A stretch of 64,000 nucleotides of DNA. Source: Ginglymostoma cirratum. Its lineage: Eukaryota. A model generated the notes under the pieces. It did not search any database, was not told where the DNA came from, and saw only the letters and a list, made by a program, of their open reading frames with translations. Of this stretch, positions 51,212 to 64,000 are shown piece after piece. Position 1 is the stretch's first letter. Each line of letters begins with the position of its first letter. Position numbers and translations under genes: made by a program. The stretch lies in assembly GCA_024137785.1 (NCBI GenBank), contig JAHRHZ010000021.1, forward strand, positions 41,690,442-41,754,441, given 5' to 3'.

Positions 51212-53389
51212 AGGGGTGTACAGACGTTGAGAGGAAAACATTTCAGGAGCCTGAATGGGTGGTGGAAGCAGAATCCTTTGAAAGATTACTTGGATATTCA
51301 CTTGAAACATGATAAATTACATAGCGATGGACCTCTTGAAACTGGGATTTGGCTGGATAGCTTTTATTTGCCTGACATAGAGAACATGGGTATAACAACC
51401 TCAAATTGTACTGCAAATTTTCCATGTTTCCATGTTCTACCTTGAAGCATTCTTACAAACATGAAATCAGAAAAGTAAAAGCATTTTAACCTTTGCTTTT
51501 AATGTAAATTTTCAGATACATATTGATTGGAGGTAGACAGGCTAAAACAGCAACATAAGATTTTAAACATTTTAAAACTACAAACATTGTTTAAAATCAC
51601 TGTTTGTAATTTGATATTCCACAAAAATAAAGTTTGCTCTTCTGGGTAAATATTTTTAAACAATAAATTATCAAGTTAGTATACTGTTAGCAATTCAGTT
51701 ACACCTTGTTCAACAAAGCACAACTCTTTCACCTGGTGCTGCATAACATAATAATGGTAAAATGGAATTTATCTTCAGTTTACTGACTTCTTAGGGATTT
51801 TAATCTGGGTGCCCACAGCAGTGTATTCTCTAGTGGTAGATAACCACTTATGGATTTCCACATTATTCTGCAAATGTGAGAGCTCCTGAAAATGTTGCCA
51901 GTTTCAATCGGTCAACAACTATGAAGATTGGCAGCCACCTTTTTCCAATTTACTGAGAACAATACCATGAGACATGTAATTTTGCAGTCCTAATCTAATG
52001 TAAAGGCTTACTTAATTTATAGAAGCAATGGGAACTCCTTCCTCGCTTTTAATATCCCTAAATAATAACTTCAACTCTAGGCTATATTTATACACTAAAG
52101 ATTTGACAATTTAAAAATATATTGTCCTCGTGCTTAAATTTGGAAACCAATTGCGGTCATACAGTAGTAACATTAAATAAATGGCTAAATGCATAAGTAT
52201 TTTTAAGCAAGGGTTACATTTAGGACAAAGAGCAGCTTTTGATGTTGAACTATCTTTTTGTCTTCCATTATAGTATATATCCAGTGCAAAATTCAGTGAT
52301 ACATATAATGCTGTAATAATATAGCCTCATCAGGCCAACTGATTCATTTAATAAATGAGATCGCTCGTGAGAGCTTAAATTGTGAGAGAATATCTACTCT
52401 CTTTCATCTTCAGCATTTGCAACTCCTTCCAAACACATTCACTTTGAATTCAGCAGTATATAAAATTACATGATTAGTTATTACAAAACTATGTAACATG
52501 TTCCTAATTCATTGCATGGGATGGTGACAACAATGCTTCCTTCCATATATCTAGAAATATGCTTTATTGAACATTAGGTACAATTTGCAATGGCGGAGTG
52601 GGTAGAGGTTAACTGAAAGATTGTTAACATAACCCAAGTAATAAAGCTTGTTTAACAGGTGAAACCACATTGTCGATTGTCAGAAAAACCCATCCGGTTC
52701 ACTAATGTCCTTTAGGGAAAGAAACTGCCATCGTTACCCGATCTGGACTATATGTGACTCCAGACCCACAGCAATGTCATTGATTCTTAACTGCCCTTTG
52801 GGCAATAGGGATGGGTAATAAAATGCTAGCCTGGCTAGTGATGCCCACATGACCTGAATGAATTTTAAAAAATGGAGTTCCAATACATTAACACGCGAGA
52901 TCCGATTGAGTAGAGGAAAATAGAACTTGGGGATTGGTACGCTATTAAGTCCTTCGAGCCTGCTCCACTCTTCAGTAAGATTTCGGTCACTCTGGTTATG
53001 GTCTCAACTCCACTTTTTTGCCTATGACCATCAACTTATTTGTCCATGAAAAATCTCTCCAACTCTGCCTTGAATAAATTCATTGACCCTCCATGCAGAA
53101 TTCTACATACAAACAACCTCAGAAAACAATTTCTCATTCCCTTCTTAAAAAGATGTCTTATTCTTAAGCTGTCTACTAATTTCAAACTCCACCTCAAGAG
53201 AACACATCCTTTCTATATCTAGCCTATTAAAGTTCTCTCATGATCTTGAATTTCACTAAAGTCAACCTTCGTTCTTCTTAACTCCACTGGGTATAGTCCC
53301 AACCTGATTGACCTTGTTTTAAAGAAGCCCTCCCTCCCAGGGATACAGTCAAGTGAACCATCTCTGAACTGCTTCTGAAGCAATTTGAC

Positions 53390-53592
53390 TCTGGGCTCGA
53401 TTCCACCTTCGGGTGCCTATCTGTGTGGAGCTTGCACATTCTCCCCATGTCTGGGTGGGTGCATTCCAGGTGCTCCAGTTTCCTCCCACCATCCAAAGAT
53501 ATGCAGGCTAGGTGGATTAGCCATGAGAAATGCTTACAGGGATAGGGTAGGGGGGTGGGTCTGGGTGGGATGCTCTTAGAAGGGTCGGTGAG
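53390..53592 (+). mobile_element. HE1-like SINE body
   Basis: gggctcgattccacc...ctgtgtggagcttgcacattctccccatgtctg...gctccagtttcctcccac..tccaaagatatgcagg.taggtggattagccatg. Confidence 0.8.
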
Positions 53593-54409
53593 GACAGTCA
53601 ATTTGTGCTCAATAAAGTCACGTATACAGCAATGAGCTAATGATCATGTAATCTATTTCACATGGCATTGTTTTCAATGAGAACAGGCCATTCAACCCTT
53701 GGTTTGATGGTGGATGCTAGCAGAACTTCAATATTCTGAACTGTGACATTTCCACCCATCTTTCACTCATTCACTTATAAATGGCAAATGCATTTGGTGT
53801 TTCACACCTCCCCCCACCGAAAAAAAAATCACCATCTTTGAGGTGGGAGGCTGAAAGGAGAAAATGGAGAATGAAGAAAAAGAGGAAAATGGGACAAGCA
53901 CATCAGAAACATTCACAATAGGAATGTCTTGTAATTTGCCTTATCTTATGATGAGTTGTCAACATGTCTGTAGAAGTACTCAGATGAGTTTTGGAAAACA
54001 TGGGCTTGTTGCCTCTTATTTCAACCATACTACTAAAACAAACAGAAACCACATCTGAAGAGCTGCACATTGAATACATACACTCTTACCACACATAAAA
54101 GCCAGTGTTAGTTTACACAGCCCTCCTGAGGCTTGTTTGTCTGTCATTAAAACTGAATTGAAACCACATTTTTTTAAAATTGCATAACAACTATGTCGCT
54201 TGAAGTAGGCTCAAAAATATCGATGGGTGGCAACTTGCCGCTATAAAAGTTCATATCAGCTAAATTTCAAATGGTGTAAATACACTTTTGGCACTTGCAT
54301 AAGTGCCATTTCTCTGGTCTGTCGTAAGGTTTTTCTTATTTGCCTGTATTTTTTCAAAAGTTGAAGGATTTTCAAGTGAGGAAATGGCGGTCTTTTTCAC
54401 TTTTATCAT

Positions 54410-55050
54410 GTTATAGAGTCAGAGAGCCATACAGCACAGAAACAGAACCTTTGGTTCAACCAATCCATGCTGAACATAATACCAGAATAAAAATAGTGCC
54501 CTGCCTGCCTACTCCAGGCCCATATCCCTCCAAACCTTTCCTATTCATGTACCGATCCAAATGTCTTTTAAATGTTATAATTGTACCCACATCCACCACT
54601 TCCTCAGGAAGTTCATTCCACATGCAAACCACCCTCTGTGTAAAAAATTTGCCCCTCATATCTTTCTTAAAATCACTCTTCTCTCACCTTGAAAACGTGG
54701 CCCCTAGTCATGAAATCTTCCATCTCAGGGAAAATACAATTACCACTAACTCTAGCTATAACCTCTCAGTATTTGGTACACTTCCATCAGGTTGCCTCTC
54801 AACTTCCTATGCTTCGATGAAAAGAGTCCCAGCCCCTCAGTCTTTCTTTATAACTCAAACCTTCTATGCGTGGCAACATCCTGATAAATCTCTTCTGAAC
54901 CATCTCCAGCTTAATAATATCCTTCCTATGACTGGGCGATCAGAACTGGACACAGTATTCCAGAAGAGGCCTCACCAGTGTCCTGTCCAACCTCAACACG
55001 ACTTCCTAACTCCTATATTCAAAGGACTGAACAATGAAGGCAAGCATGTT
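54410..55050 (-). mobile_element. CR1 (HER1-like) LINE 3' fragment
   Basis: ORF 54456..54659 FFTQRVVCMWNELPEEVVDVGTIITFKRHLDRYMNRKGL; tagagtcagagag tail. Confidence 0.9.
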
Positions 55051-58000
55051 GTTCAGTTTGCCCCACAAAGCAAAACTCCCGTGTTTGGTCAAATGTTATT
55101 AAACACTGGTGTAGGAAAGAACGCACAATGCATGCAAGCATATTTTGTAGGAGAGGTTGGTTGAGGCAGCTCTCTGTCAATAAATAGTTCTACTGATTCT
55201 TCATTACAGTCAGGCTGACCGAGTATATCAATGGTTTCTCACTGTACGTGTACAGGAAATGTTCTACCAGGAGTTGCAGCACATGTAAACTGACTATACC
55301 TCAACTCAAACAGGAAACCATAAGCATCAAAATAAAATCACTTCTTTAAAAACTTACACAAATCAAATTAATGATTTACACTTATACAAGGAGATGTAAA
55401 AGCTAAAGTTTCTGAAAACTTCATAAAAATTAAAATTCAGCCTGAAAAATTAATCATTTAACATCTCTTTACAGATATAAAATTACTTCCACAGGGCCAG
55501 TTACGCTGATTATCAAATTTTATTAAGCACATCATCATTAAAGATCCAGTTTTTCTAAAAAAAAAATCACTCCTGGGACATGGAAGTCCCAAGCTAGCCA
55601 GCATGTATTGCCAGGCCCTATTTGTCCTTGAGATACCTGAATGAACAGAGTGTAACTTTATATGGAACTTTTTTCGAACAGTGAGATTAAACAGGAGAAA
55701 AAGGAGCTTTTTTCTTCTTGTTTCCGGATTGGTGGCTCAGCAGCAGGGTTGGGGTGAGGTGAGATTGGGGGCACAGCCATTGCTGTGTCACAGCCCTGAA
55801 TGACAACCTACAATTTTGAGATTCTGTGCAATCTGTGCATCCAAGGTAATAGAGATCAAACAAACCTAAGTTTTCACTCGTCCCTGCAGCTTGATAAACA
55901 TTCACATTAGATAGAATTGCATTAGCCATTCTTGAAGCTCAGTCAGCCATTCTTCATATTATCCAGCCATTTCTTCAATTTGCTTTTGCTGATTAAATTG
56001 CCCGATAGACTCATCACTGAGCTCCCAGAATGGTAAACGCGCTTAGATCTCAGCAAGCAATGTCTACACGGCTGTATACATTGTTTAATCCTTAATTGAC
56101 ATCTCTGTTGTTACAAAACAACCTATTGATTTATTGAAGAGCTTTTTTCCCCCACTGCCTGTGTGTTGATTTACACTATGATAAGAGTTCTGAATTGGAT
56201 AAAAGCTTCTTACATTGAGTAATGCAATTGATGTCTTTCAGGAAGGTAAGAGGGCCAATAAATTTCACTGGAAAATTTTAACGTTATTATTTTTGGTTGA
56301 TGGCTCAAAATGAGGGCTCATCCCTGGCTCACTACTCATGTAAGAGGCTGTGAGCCATGTTTTCGTATGGAATGGACCAACTCCACCAAAAACGCAGAGG
56401 AAGGGTGTTTGAACTATCTATCCCTGCGACAAAGCTGGCAAGTGGGAGTCCAGCTTGTGGGCTGGCTACCTGCACCCTTTTTCTGCTTCAGCAAACATTG
56501 CTAAGAACCAGAATGGCAAAATACAGGCCATTACTTCTCATACAACACGTCCCCTTCAGAGTCACTTATTCCATCTTTTACTGCACAGGAACTGGCAACT
56601 CTGTTCACAATATTTAAAACAATGACTACACTTTAAAACTCCATTGCTCATAAAGCACTATAAAAAGGCCTTCTCACTTCTCCCAAATATTAAGCAAAAA
56701 TGTTTTGCCAAAAACTGATGTCATTTAAAAAGCTGTCTCCCCCTCGATGATTCATAGATTCTTCATAGAACTAATTCTATCAAGGAAGAAAGGAACAGAA
56801 TTTCCATTAAAATAAATGGGACTGTTTACCATGGAACCAAGATTGTTTGAACTGATCACTGTGCAAAGTGGGAAATATGAAGAACTTGTGTATCATTAAT
56901 TTAACACTTTTACTTTTAAAATGCAGTTATTTTGTTTTGGTTATGGCAAAGAGGAATTGGATACAATATTGATTTATTATTCCATACTACATAATTCTAT
57001 GAATAACCAGATTCATGTAGAACTTCCAGAATTTTTCAGCACAGGTGGTGGCCATCTGGACATTGTACCTCTGTCCGTTCTTTGGAAAAGTTACCCCCTC
57101 AGTTCCACTCCCTTTATCTACTGATCTATCATCACTGCCTTGACGTTTTCTCCCCTTCAAACATATTTCCAATTCAATTTTGAAATCTACTATTGTCTAT
57201 GCTTCTTTTCAGTAGTACATTTCAAATCATAATCCCCTACCTCCAAGACAAAAAAAAATCTTTTTTACTCCTACTTCTTTGCCTAATTATGACCATCAAA
57301 TAACAATATCAAAAGCAGCTCTGATCTGTTGTAATTACTGGAGTAGTTTTATCGATTAAATATGTTTATATTATAGTGGTAAACGGAGATCAGAACTTTT
57401 CCAAAATTAAGTGCTTTATTTGTCACAGACAGCAACAAGTTCAATGAATTTTAAACTGGTGCCAGGGTAAACCAGCACAGGTTGATACCGATTGCAACAT
57501 GTATCACCATAAACAGCTCCTTAACCACATGGCCTGAAATCCTCACACACGCCCTTCCCAAGCACTGGCATTTCTCTCATTTCTTCCATCACACACACTC
57601 CTCTGTCCCCAAAATCTCCGGTTTGTCTTGGCACTGGGAGGTCAAGGTGTTACATTTGCACAAATTAAATTTAGAAAGAAAAATACAAACATATGAGTGG
57701 TACAACCTGACTAATCCTCCCCTATTTATTTGATCTCTGAGTCAGATTATGGCATGGCTCTCAGCATAAATGACATGTTGTATCAATTTTCCATTCAGTC
57801 TGAATTTACTGAGCAGAATTTTAGTTTGATCAAGCTTGTTGACTTATCCCTAACAGAATCAAAGTAGTTAACTGGTATAGCTTTGAATAAATGGTATAGA
57901 TTCTGCCTAATGTTTAGTTTTGGCAGTACTTTTTGCAAAATTGCAACTCAAAGATTGCTGCATCCATGTGCTAAGATTTTATCAACCGAGAGAGGCGTGG

Positions 58001-59444
58001 AGCAACATCTAACTCTGCTGCCTGACACTCACTGACCCTTCAGCCAAATTATCAGTAGCCTGTAGGGAAAAAAAAAGTTTGTTTAGAATTTAAAAATAAT
58101 TAATTTAGTTTGCGTGCTAAATTGTAACAGATCTTCTGCTGCAACAAAGCTATGCTTATCACTTTGAAAAGACTATAGTTCAAAGGACATCCCTAACACA
58201 CTGAAGTTGTATTTATTACCAACATCCTCTAATCAATCATAGTTACAGTAAAATTATTACATGTCAATGAGATAAGAGCACATTATTTGACAAAGGAGGA
58301 AGTTCTTGAAACCACTGAAATGACTTGGGGCTGAGTCAAATGAGCGAACCCTTTGATTAACACGATGTTTGCATTGAATTCTGTTCTACTGAAGCCACAC
58401 AGCTACAGCCAATGGACCCGGTCACACCTGGAGATGTGTGAATTGTTCTGGATTTTGTGACATGACAGCCTGGCGTAGATACAGTGCAAAATTGCATGAT
58501 TGATCCTATTGAAATGGTGGATACACCGAGACTTGTCATCAACTTGCGTTGTTTACATATGAGGAATTCTGTATCAATGTTTCAATGAGTCTTGCAGATA
58601 AGATGTTAAACCAAGACTGCCTGCCCTTGCAGTTACAAAATTTCCTTGACAGTACTTTCAAAGAGGACAGAACTTCTCTGGTGTTCCAGGCAATGTTTAT
58701 GCCGCAAAGTAACATCACAAAAATAATTTATTTAATTATCATCGCATTGTGATTTGCGACACCTCGACTGTTGTGTTTATTCTATAGCAAAGTGATGTAT
58801 AAATTTCAAACAGTTCTTCATTGGCTACAATGATAAAATACAAGTCGTTTCTCTTTATGATGCTTTTTAATGAGGAAAATGATATTGTCAATGTACCAGA
58901 CACCATGAAAAGGGATTCAGTTCTATAGCTAGGATTGAGAAGTAAAGGCAGAAAGAAGATTTTGAAAGCAGGGTGCAAAATAATAGGGCAGAGGGACCAA
59001 GTTAGAGACAATCACAGTATTGTTGTGGTTGGATGACTGACCACAGACAGATTGGGGAAAAGGGTAAAGTGCCATGTTAGGACATACAGAGGATACACAA
59101 GGACACAGGCAGGAGGAGATCTCAGGCTGAAATGACATGTCAACAGATATGAAACAAAAGAGGACAGAGGAGTTTGAGAGTTCTTTGTGCTGGAGCCTGA
59201 GGAACTTGCAGGAGAGGGTGGCAGGAACATAGGATTTACTACAGGTAAGAACGTTTAAACCTACGAAGGAGTAAAGTCAGTGATTAAAGAACTGGCGAAA
59301 ACGAGCCCAATGTCGCACAAAATTTCATTTGACATGTTTAAGTAACCTTCCACCTAGTTTGAGTGGTAAGGTTGGGCAACGATTTACACGTCTGCTGAAG
59401 CTTTCAGGTAGTTCCTGTGACACACGTCCATTTGTCAGCTGAAA

Positions 59445-59650
59445 GACTGACAATTTAAAATTTAAGTCACCCTTTCCTCCCCCACACAAACGGTTGAACA
59501 TCTAGGTCACCTTCTCTTCCCCCCACTGATAGATGAACATTGAGTCCATACCACCTTCCCCTCTGATACTTGAACATCTACACCACACCTCCCCTCCCCG
59601 AAGATTGAAAATCTATAACCATCCTCCCCCTGACAGTTTAAAATCTACAT
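59445..59650. repeat. Degenerate minisatellite, about 30-40 bp unit, 5-6 copies
   Basis: Recurrent ttgaacatcta / tttaaaatcta followed by a pyrimidine run ending ctcccc. Confidence 0.65.
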
Positions 59651-61194
59651 TAAGTGGATAAGCAAAAGTGACTTCTGAATGGAAGTGAATGCAAATGTGT
59701 TTTGGTATAAGTAACAGCATAACTTTATGGCTCTGTCGGATTTTTTGGATATGAAAACGGACACTCAAATCGTTAAGAAATGTAAATGGATGTAAAGTCA
59801 TCAGATCAATATCTCATTCTTGCACAGTAGCTACAGTTCAGTGTTTGGTAAGGGGCTCGATCCATTTTCGACAACCACCACCTGAATCGCTGAGCTTTAC
59901 TCCATGTTTTTATTGTGGATGTTTTGACTTTGATGAATGTAATTTGATTTTAGCTTTATGGTTGAGATTTAAGAAGTTTACCAAAATAAATCTTTTAAGT
60001 GCAGCTTCTGTTTTATTTATTTTCAGTGACAACCCAACGCTTAGATTTCAATCATCATGCTTTTTTGATGGTATTACACGATAAAATACCCTACTGTACG
60101 AAGGGGCTTAAGATCAAACTCAGAAATCCCAACTTTAATATTGGTTTTGGCTGTTGTGAAAGAAAACTTGTTTGTGAGGTTATACTCATTTCCGGCAATG
60201 TGATGGATTCAGTCCACAAAACAGAGGAAAACAAATAAATAATGTTGACAGCATTCATGCAATTACAACAATTTTCTTTGACAACATGCGCAACGTTTTC
60301 CAAAAACAGATGGTCTTAAACAAACATATTCAAGAGTTTCTTTTAGTGTCAAGAAACAATGCTATTGCAGTAACTCAAGCCAACGAGCTTAAAAAACAAA
60401 CTTTCAGTCAACATATCATTATGGTGGAATGAGAGTTCTCTTATTCATTGATGGATTTGTGCATTTATCCCTTTACAAGTTGCCAGGCTGGATCAATTTG
60501 TGATTAAGCAAACTCATTTTATTCAACTATCATTGTACAATTGATGCAGAAATGATGGTAAAATCAATAGCCCAGTGTTTAGAAGTTTAAAATCAAAAGT
60601 AAAGCTGTTTTGCAGTGTGCAATTGCAAAAGTGAAATTCAATAATGCATGGATTTACTTTACTGACAGCCAGAAATATGAACTTCCTTATTTATTTACTT
60701 TTGCTTCAGGGTCGATAAACGAATGGATGGTTGGCACAGGCAACACTGTTTCTACTTCAGTGCTTGCCAGATCGCTTCACATCTGTTTAATATAACCACT
60801 TTAAACTTATATGGTTCAGTTTTGTCATGCCTATTACAGAAACAAACTAATAAATCTCATCTGAAATATACAAACATGCAAATCTGTAATGTATTAATTG
60901 AAATGAGAACTTAAATTAACTTAGATTTTTTTTCTTTTAACAATGGGAATTGCAACATCTTTATTGTTAACCATTTATGTTTGAAAAGAAACAATGTTTG
61001 AGTGGTGGATCTTATCATTGGCTAAATACAAAACTATTGCTCGAGAAGTATGGATCCTCATCACTTACCAGATTAACCAATCTCAATCAACAGTGACAGT
61101 ATCATAATTAGCCTGGATCACATTCTCAATTGGCTGCAAAGTATGCTCCTATGATTACCAAGCCTTTGACACTACTGAAGCATATAATTACTTC

Positions 61195-61266
61195 AGTACA
61201 TCAGTACAATACTGAAAGAGTACTCTGCTATCGAAGGTGCCGTCTTTCGGTTGAGGTGTTAAACCA
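61195..61266 (+). mobile_element. Deu-domain SINE fragment
   Basis: cagtacaatactgaaagagtactctgctatcgaaggtgccgtctttcggttgaggtgttaaacc. Confidence 0.6.
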
Positions 61267-64000
61267 CTCATTTAATTATTATTCATGCATACCGAACACA
61301 AAATTAAGGGAGGATTTTTCAAAGTTTTTAATCTGCTTTATACACACCTTCGTAATTCCTATCAGAAACAGGAAAAAGGTCTCGGTGAAAATTATTTTCA
61401 TTTCTAAAAAAAGTTTAAATATTTTAATGGAGACGACAGAAGAATGTGTAGTTAATCTCGGACCCAAACATTTGGTTGCTATTTTGAGACCACTTGCCCC
61501 CAGCCCAGAACAAGTGCAATTGGAAGATATTCGCATTTACGAGATGGGGCATGGCTAAACCAGATAAAAGATCAGCTAGATTTACTCTAATTTTAGTTAT
61601 TTGAATAACTTATTTTAACCCAAACATCCATGTTGATTTAGACTACATACTTGGTTAGCTTTCAGTTTCTCCCAACAAATTTCATTCATAGAATGCCTTG
61701 AGATCCTCAACGGTCATCAAATTTGATGGTTTTGAGTGGCAACAGAAAGCATTGAATGCAAATTTCAGGCTATCAATGCAGATGTACAGGTAAAGCAGTC
61801 TCCTATCCTTTGATTCACCATAAGTTACACCACAGGAGATCCAAAAATAAGTGAACATTGTCAAAGACAATGGAATCTGTCACCTGTCATCCATGTAACA
61901 AGAAAAATAATAGTAACTATCACAGAAATCCAATGATTGCTTTAGATATTCAGGGCTGAGCAGATTACACAAGTATTTTGTCAAGAAAAAGGAACACTCC
62001 TAGTAACTGTAAATTTTCATTGCAAGTCCAATCTTGGGTTAAGAAAATTGTACGTGTAAAATTGGCTTAGAGTAATGTTGAGGACTGGTGATGATTAATT
62101 GCAGCCAACTTTATAACCTCCCCAACTTTCTTTTCCAAAGCAGTCACTTGGACAGGGTGTGAACACTCTACTTACTTGCCATTTCCAGTTTGTAGGAAGA
62201 CCACTCCTTCCCCAGTCAACTTAGGCATTGCTTAAAAGTTTCTTTGTGTGTGTTATTGAATAGAAAAACAAGCATCACCTTCAGTTACTCAGATTTTTAT
62301 AGCAGTCTGAATGTGTGCAAATATATATGGAAAAAGTTAGTGTCACAAGTGTAAAATGTCATGCAACTATGTTCCATGACTTAAGATTTCCCAAGAGCAG
62401 ATCTGAGTATTCAGATTAAAAAAAATGTTCTCACACAACTATTTGAAGGATGTGGCTTAAATAAATGCTTTAAAAAATATCATCCTATGGTCAAAAGCAC
62501 AGATGAGCGTATTACAAGATTCTTGTCTATTGATAAAACACCTCTAAAAGGATAATTACAACATCCATCTTTTCCGTCTCCGTCTGTGTTAAATTATCCC
62601 ATCATTCTGCAAAACCTCAATGTTACGGGAGCTTCGTTAAATATCTATAATAGCCTGCACTGAAACAGTTGATTAATTCTGAAGGTGATGAATGCTATAT
62701 TCCAGAAGCACTGGAACTTGGCCACATCTGGGGCTGAGAGCTAAAAGGACTTAGCACATCACTGTACCTAGGAGAGTAATATACAATTTATCGCCGTTCA
62801 GAGGATGTTGGTTCTTTTATTAATAGTCTGGAATGTTCCTCGGATGATAATGCATAGAAATTGAAGTTTATTGATTAAAATTAGGCAAAATGGGATGTTA
62901 GTCAGGTCAATTACCATGATAAGAATGTTCACTTCTGCTGTGATTGATAGGTCACCTGACCAAGCAGCAAATCCTAAGGTCAGTTTATTCCGAGTGAGAG
63001 TTATTAGATTTTTACACCTTTCTGTCTGCTAAATGAAGTTTCTGGAAGAGCAGTCACTTGTTAAGGTTTTCCAAACCGTTGACTAATAAACTAATTAGGA
63101 TAAAAAGTTAAACTTATATCAATCTTGTATCAGAGTGACAAAACATTTGCCCCTTTCTTCCTGCTGTCATAGTTTTGTTCATTGGCAAATGGGTTACTTC
63201 TCAAAAAGTATTTACTTTTCTCCCCTCTTTTCCAATGAAGGCTTTAGTCATACACTTAAGCACAATTTAATACAAATTATGTCTCAGGTGACGCTAACAA
63301 AATTCAGCAAGACCGGTATTGAGTTAACAGATAAAATTAAAACGTAAACCTACTTATTTACATGTATACATAGTTATATAATTACATATATATGTAGACA
63401 CTTGATAATTCAAAAATACATTATTTATTAGTATGCTGTCTGGTGTAAATTAAATTTTATTGTACATTACAAAAGTTGATTTGATGTGAATTTATTTTCA
63501 TTCATTCATGGGGTGTGGGCATTATTGGCCGGGCCACCATTTACTGCCCATCCCATTGCTGTGGCAAGGGCAAATAAGCAAGAACCATCCTGCTAAGTTT
63601 GGTTAGATAGCCTCTTTCATGGGTAGGCAGTGATGGTGGGCGAGGGGGAGGAGTTGAGTAATTATTGAGAAGAATTTTGATGTAAAGGGGTATTAATGCT
63701 TTGTGTTGTTATGGAGGAATACACTAGTAGCGTGGATAATGGTGAGAAGTGTGGGAAAACATGGCAAAAATGGAAAAAATAGTCAATCTTGATGTTGAAA
63801 AAAATTCCTACTTCTCTCGAAGATAGGGGAATTTAAATGGGGAATTCAGAAGCTTAAAAATGAGTATCACTAACTCATTTCCATGCATTTGTATCTCATT
63901 AATATACGACTTTGTCCCATTTTTATGCAGCTTCCAGTTCGCTCCTTTCTGGAGAAAGTACATGGTGCAAATTCCTGATGAAGGCAGAGCTGTAATCTGG

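Noticed and set aside
54340-55164. Longest ORF in the track (274 aa, +)
   Set aside because: It is the antisense reading of a CR1 3' fragment; similar antisense peptides (KPFLFMY.SKCLLNV) occur at other CR1 copies.
59445-59650. CRISPR-like appearance
   Set aside because: Vertebrate intron, repeats non-identical, linkers similar to each other, no cas genes.
63971-64000. attcCTGATGAagg resembling another hammerhead start
   Set aside because: No stem II or GAAA box visible before the window ends.

Overview
Eukaryotic (vertebrate) genomic DNA, AT-rich. The repeat content (HE1-like SINEs, HER1/CR1 LINEs, Deu-domain SINEs, Penelope-derived palindromes) points to a cartilaginous fish, most likely a shark; this is an inference. 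The whole window lies inside one minus-strand gene, SCUBE1 (signal peptide-CUB-EGF protein 1). I could place its last 14 coding exons with GT-AG boundaries between 41010 and the stop codon at 622-624. They total 1988 nt, about 662 codons, and encode the last two EGF repeats, the spacer, the Cys-rich repeats, the CUB domain and the C-terminus. A candidate poly(A) signal pair lies at 123-136. I recognised no further exon in 41011-64000, so this is probably one intron of more than 23 kb. The introns hold many transposon fossils: CR1, L2, RTE and Tx1-like LINE pieces, several SINE families, a probable solo LTR, and a decayed but near-full-length hAT/Charlie (SPIN/GTF2IRD2-like) transposase. The most interesting signal is a set of short, non-coding, mostly fold-back elements. 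Several are flanked by 8-13 bp direct repeats and carry a degenerate minimal type-I hammerhead ribozyme motif of the Penelope type, and some have perfectly matched arms. Most ORFs in the supplied track are spurious. Repeat boundaries were estimated by eye; no database searches were run.
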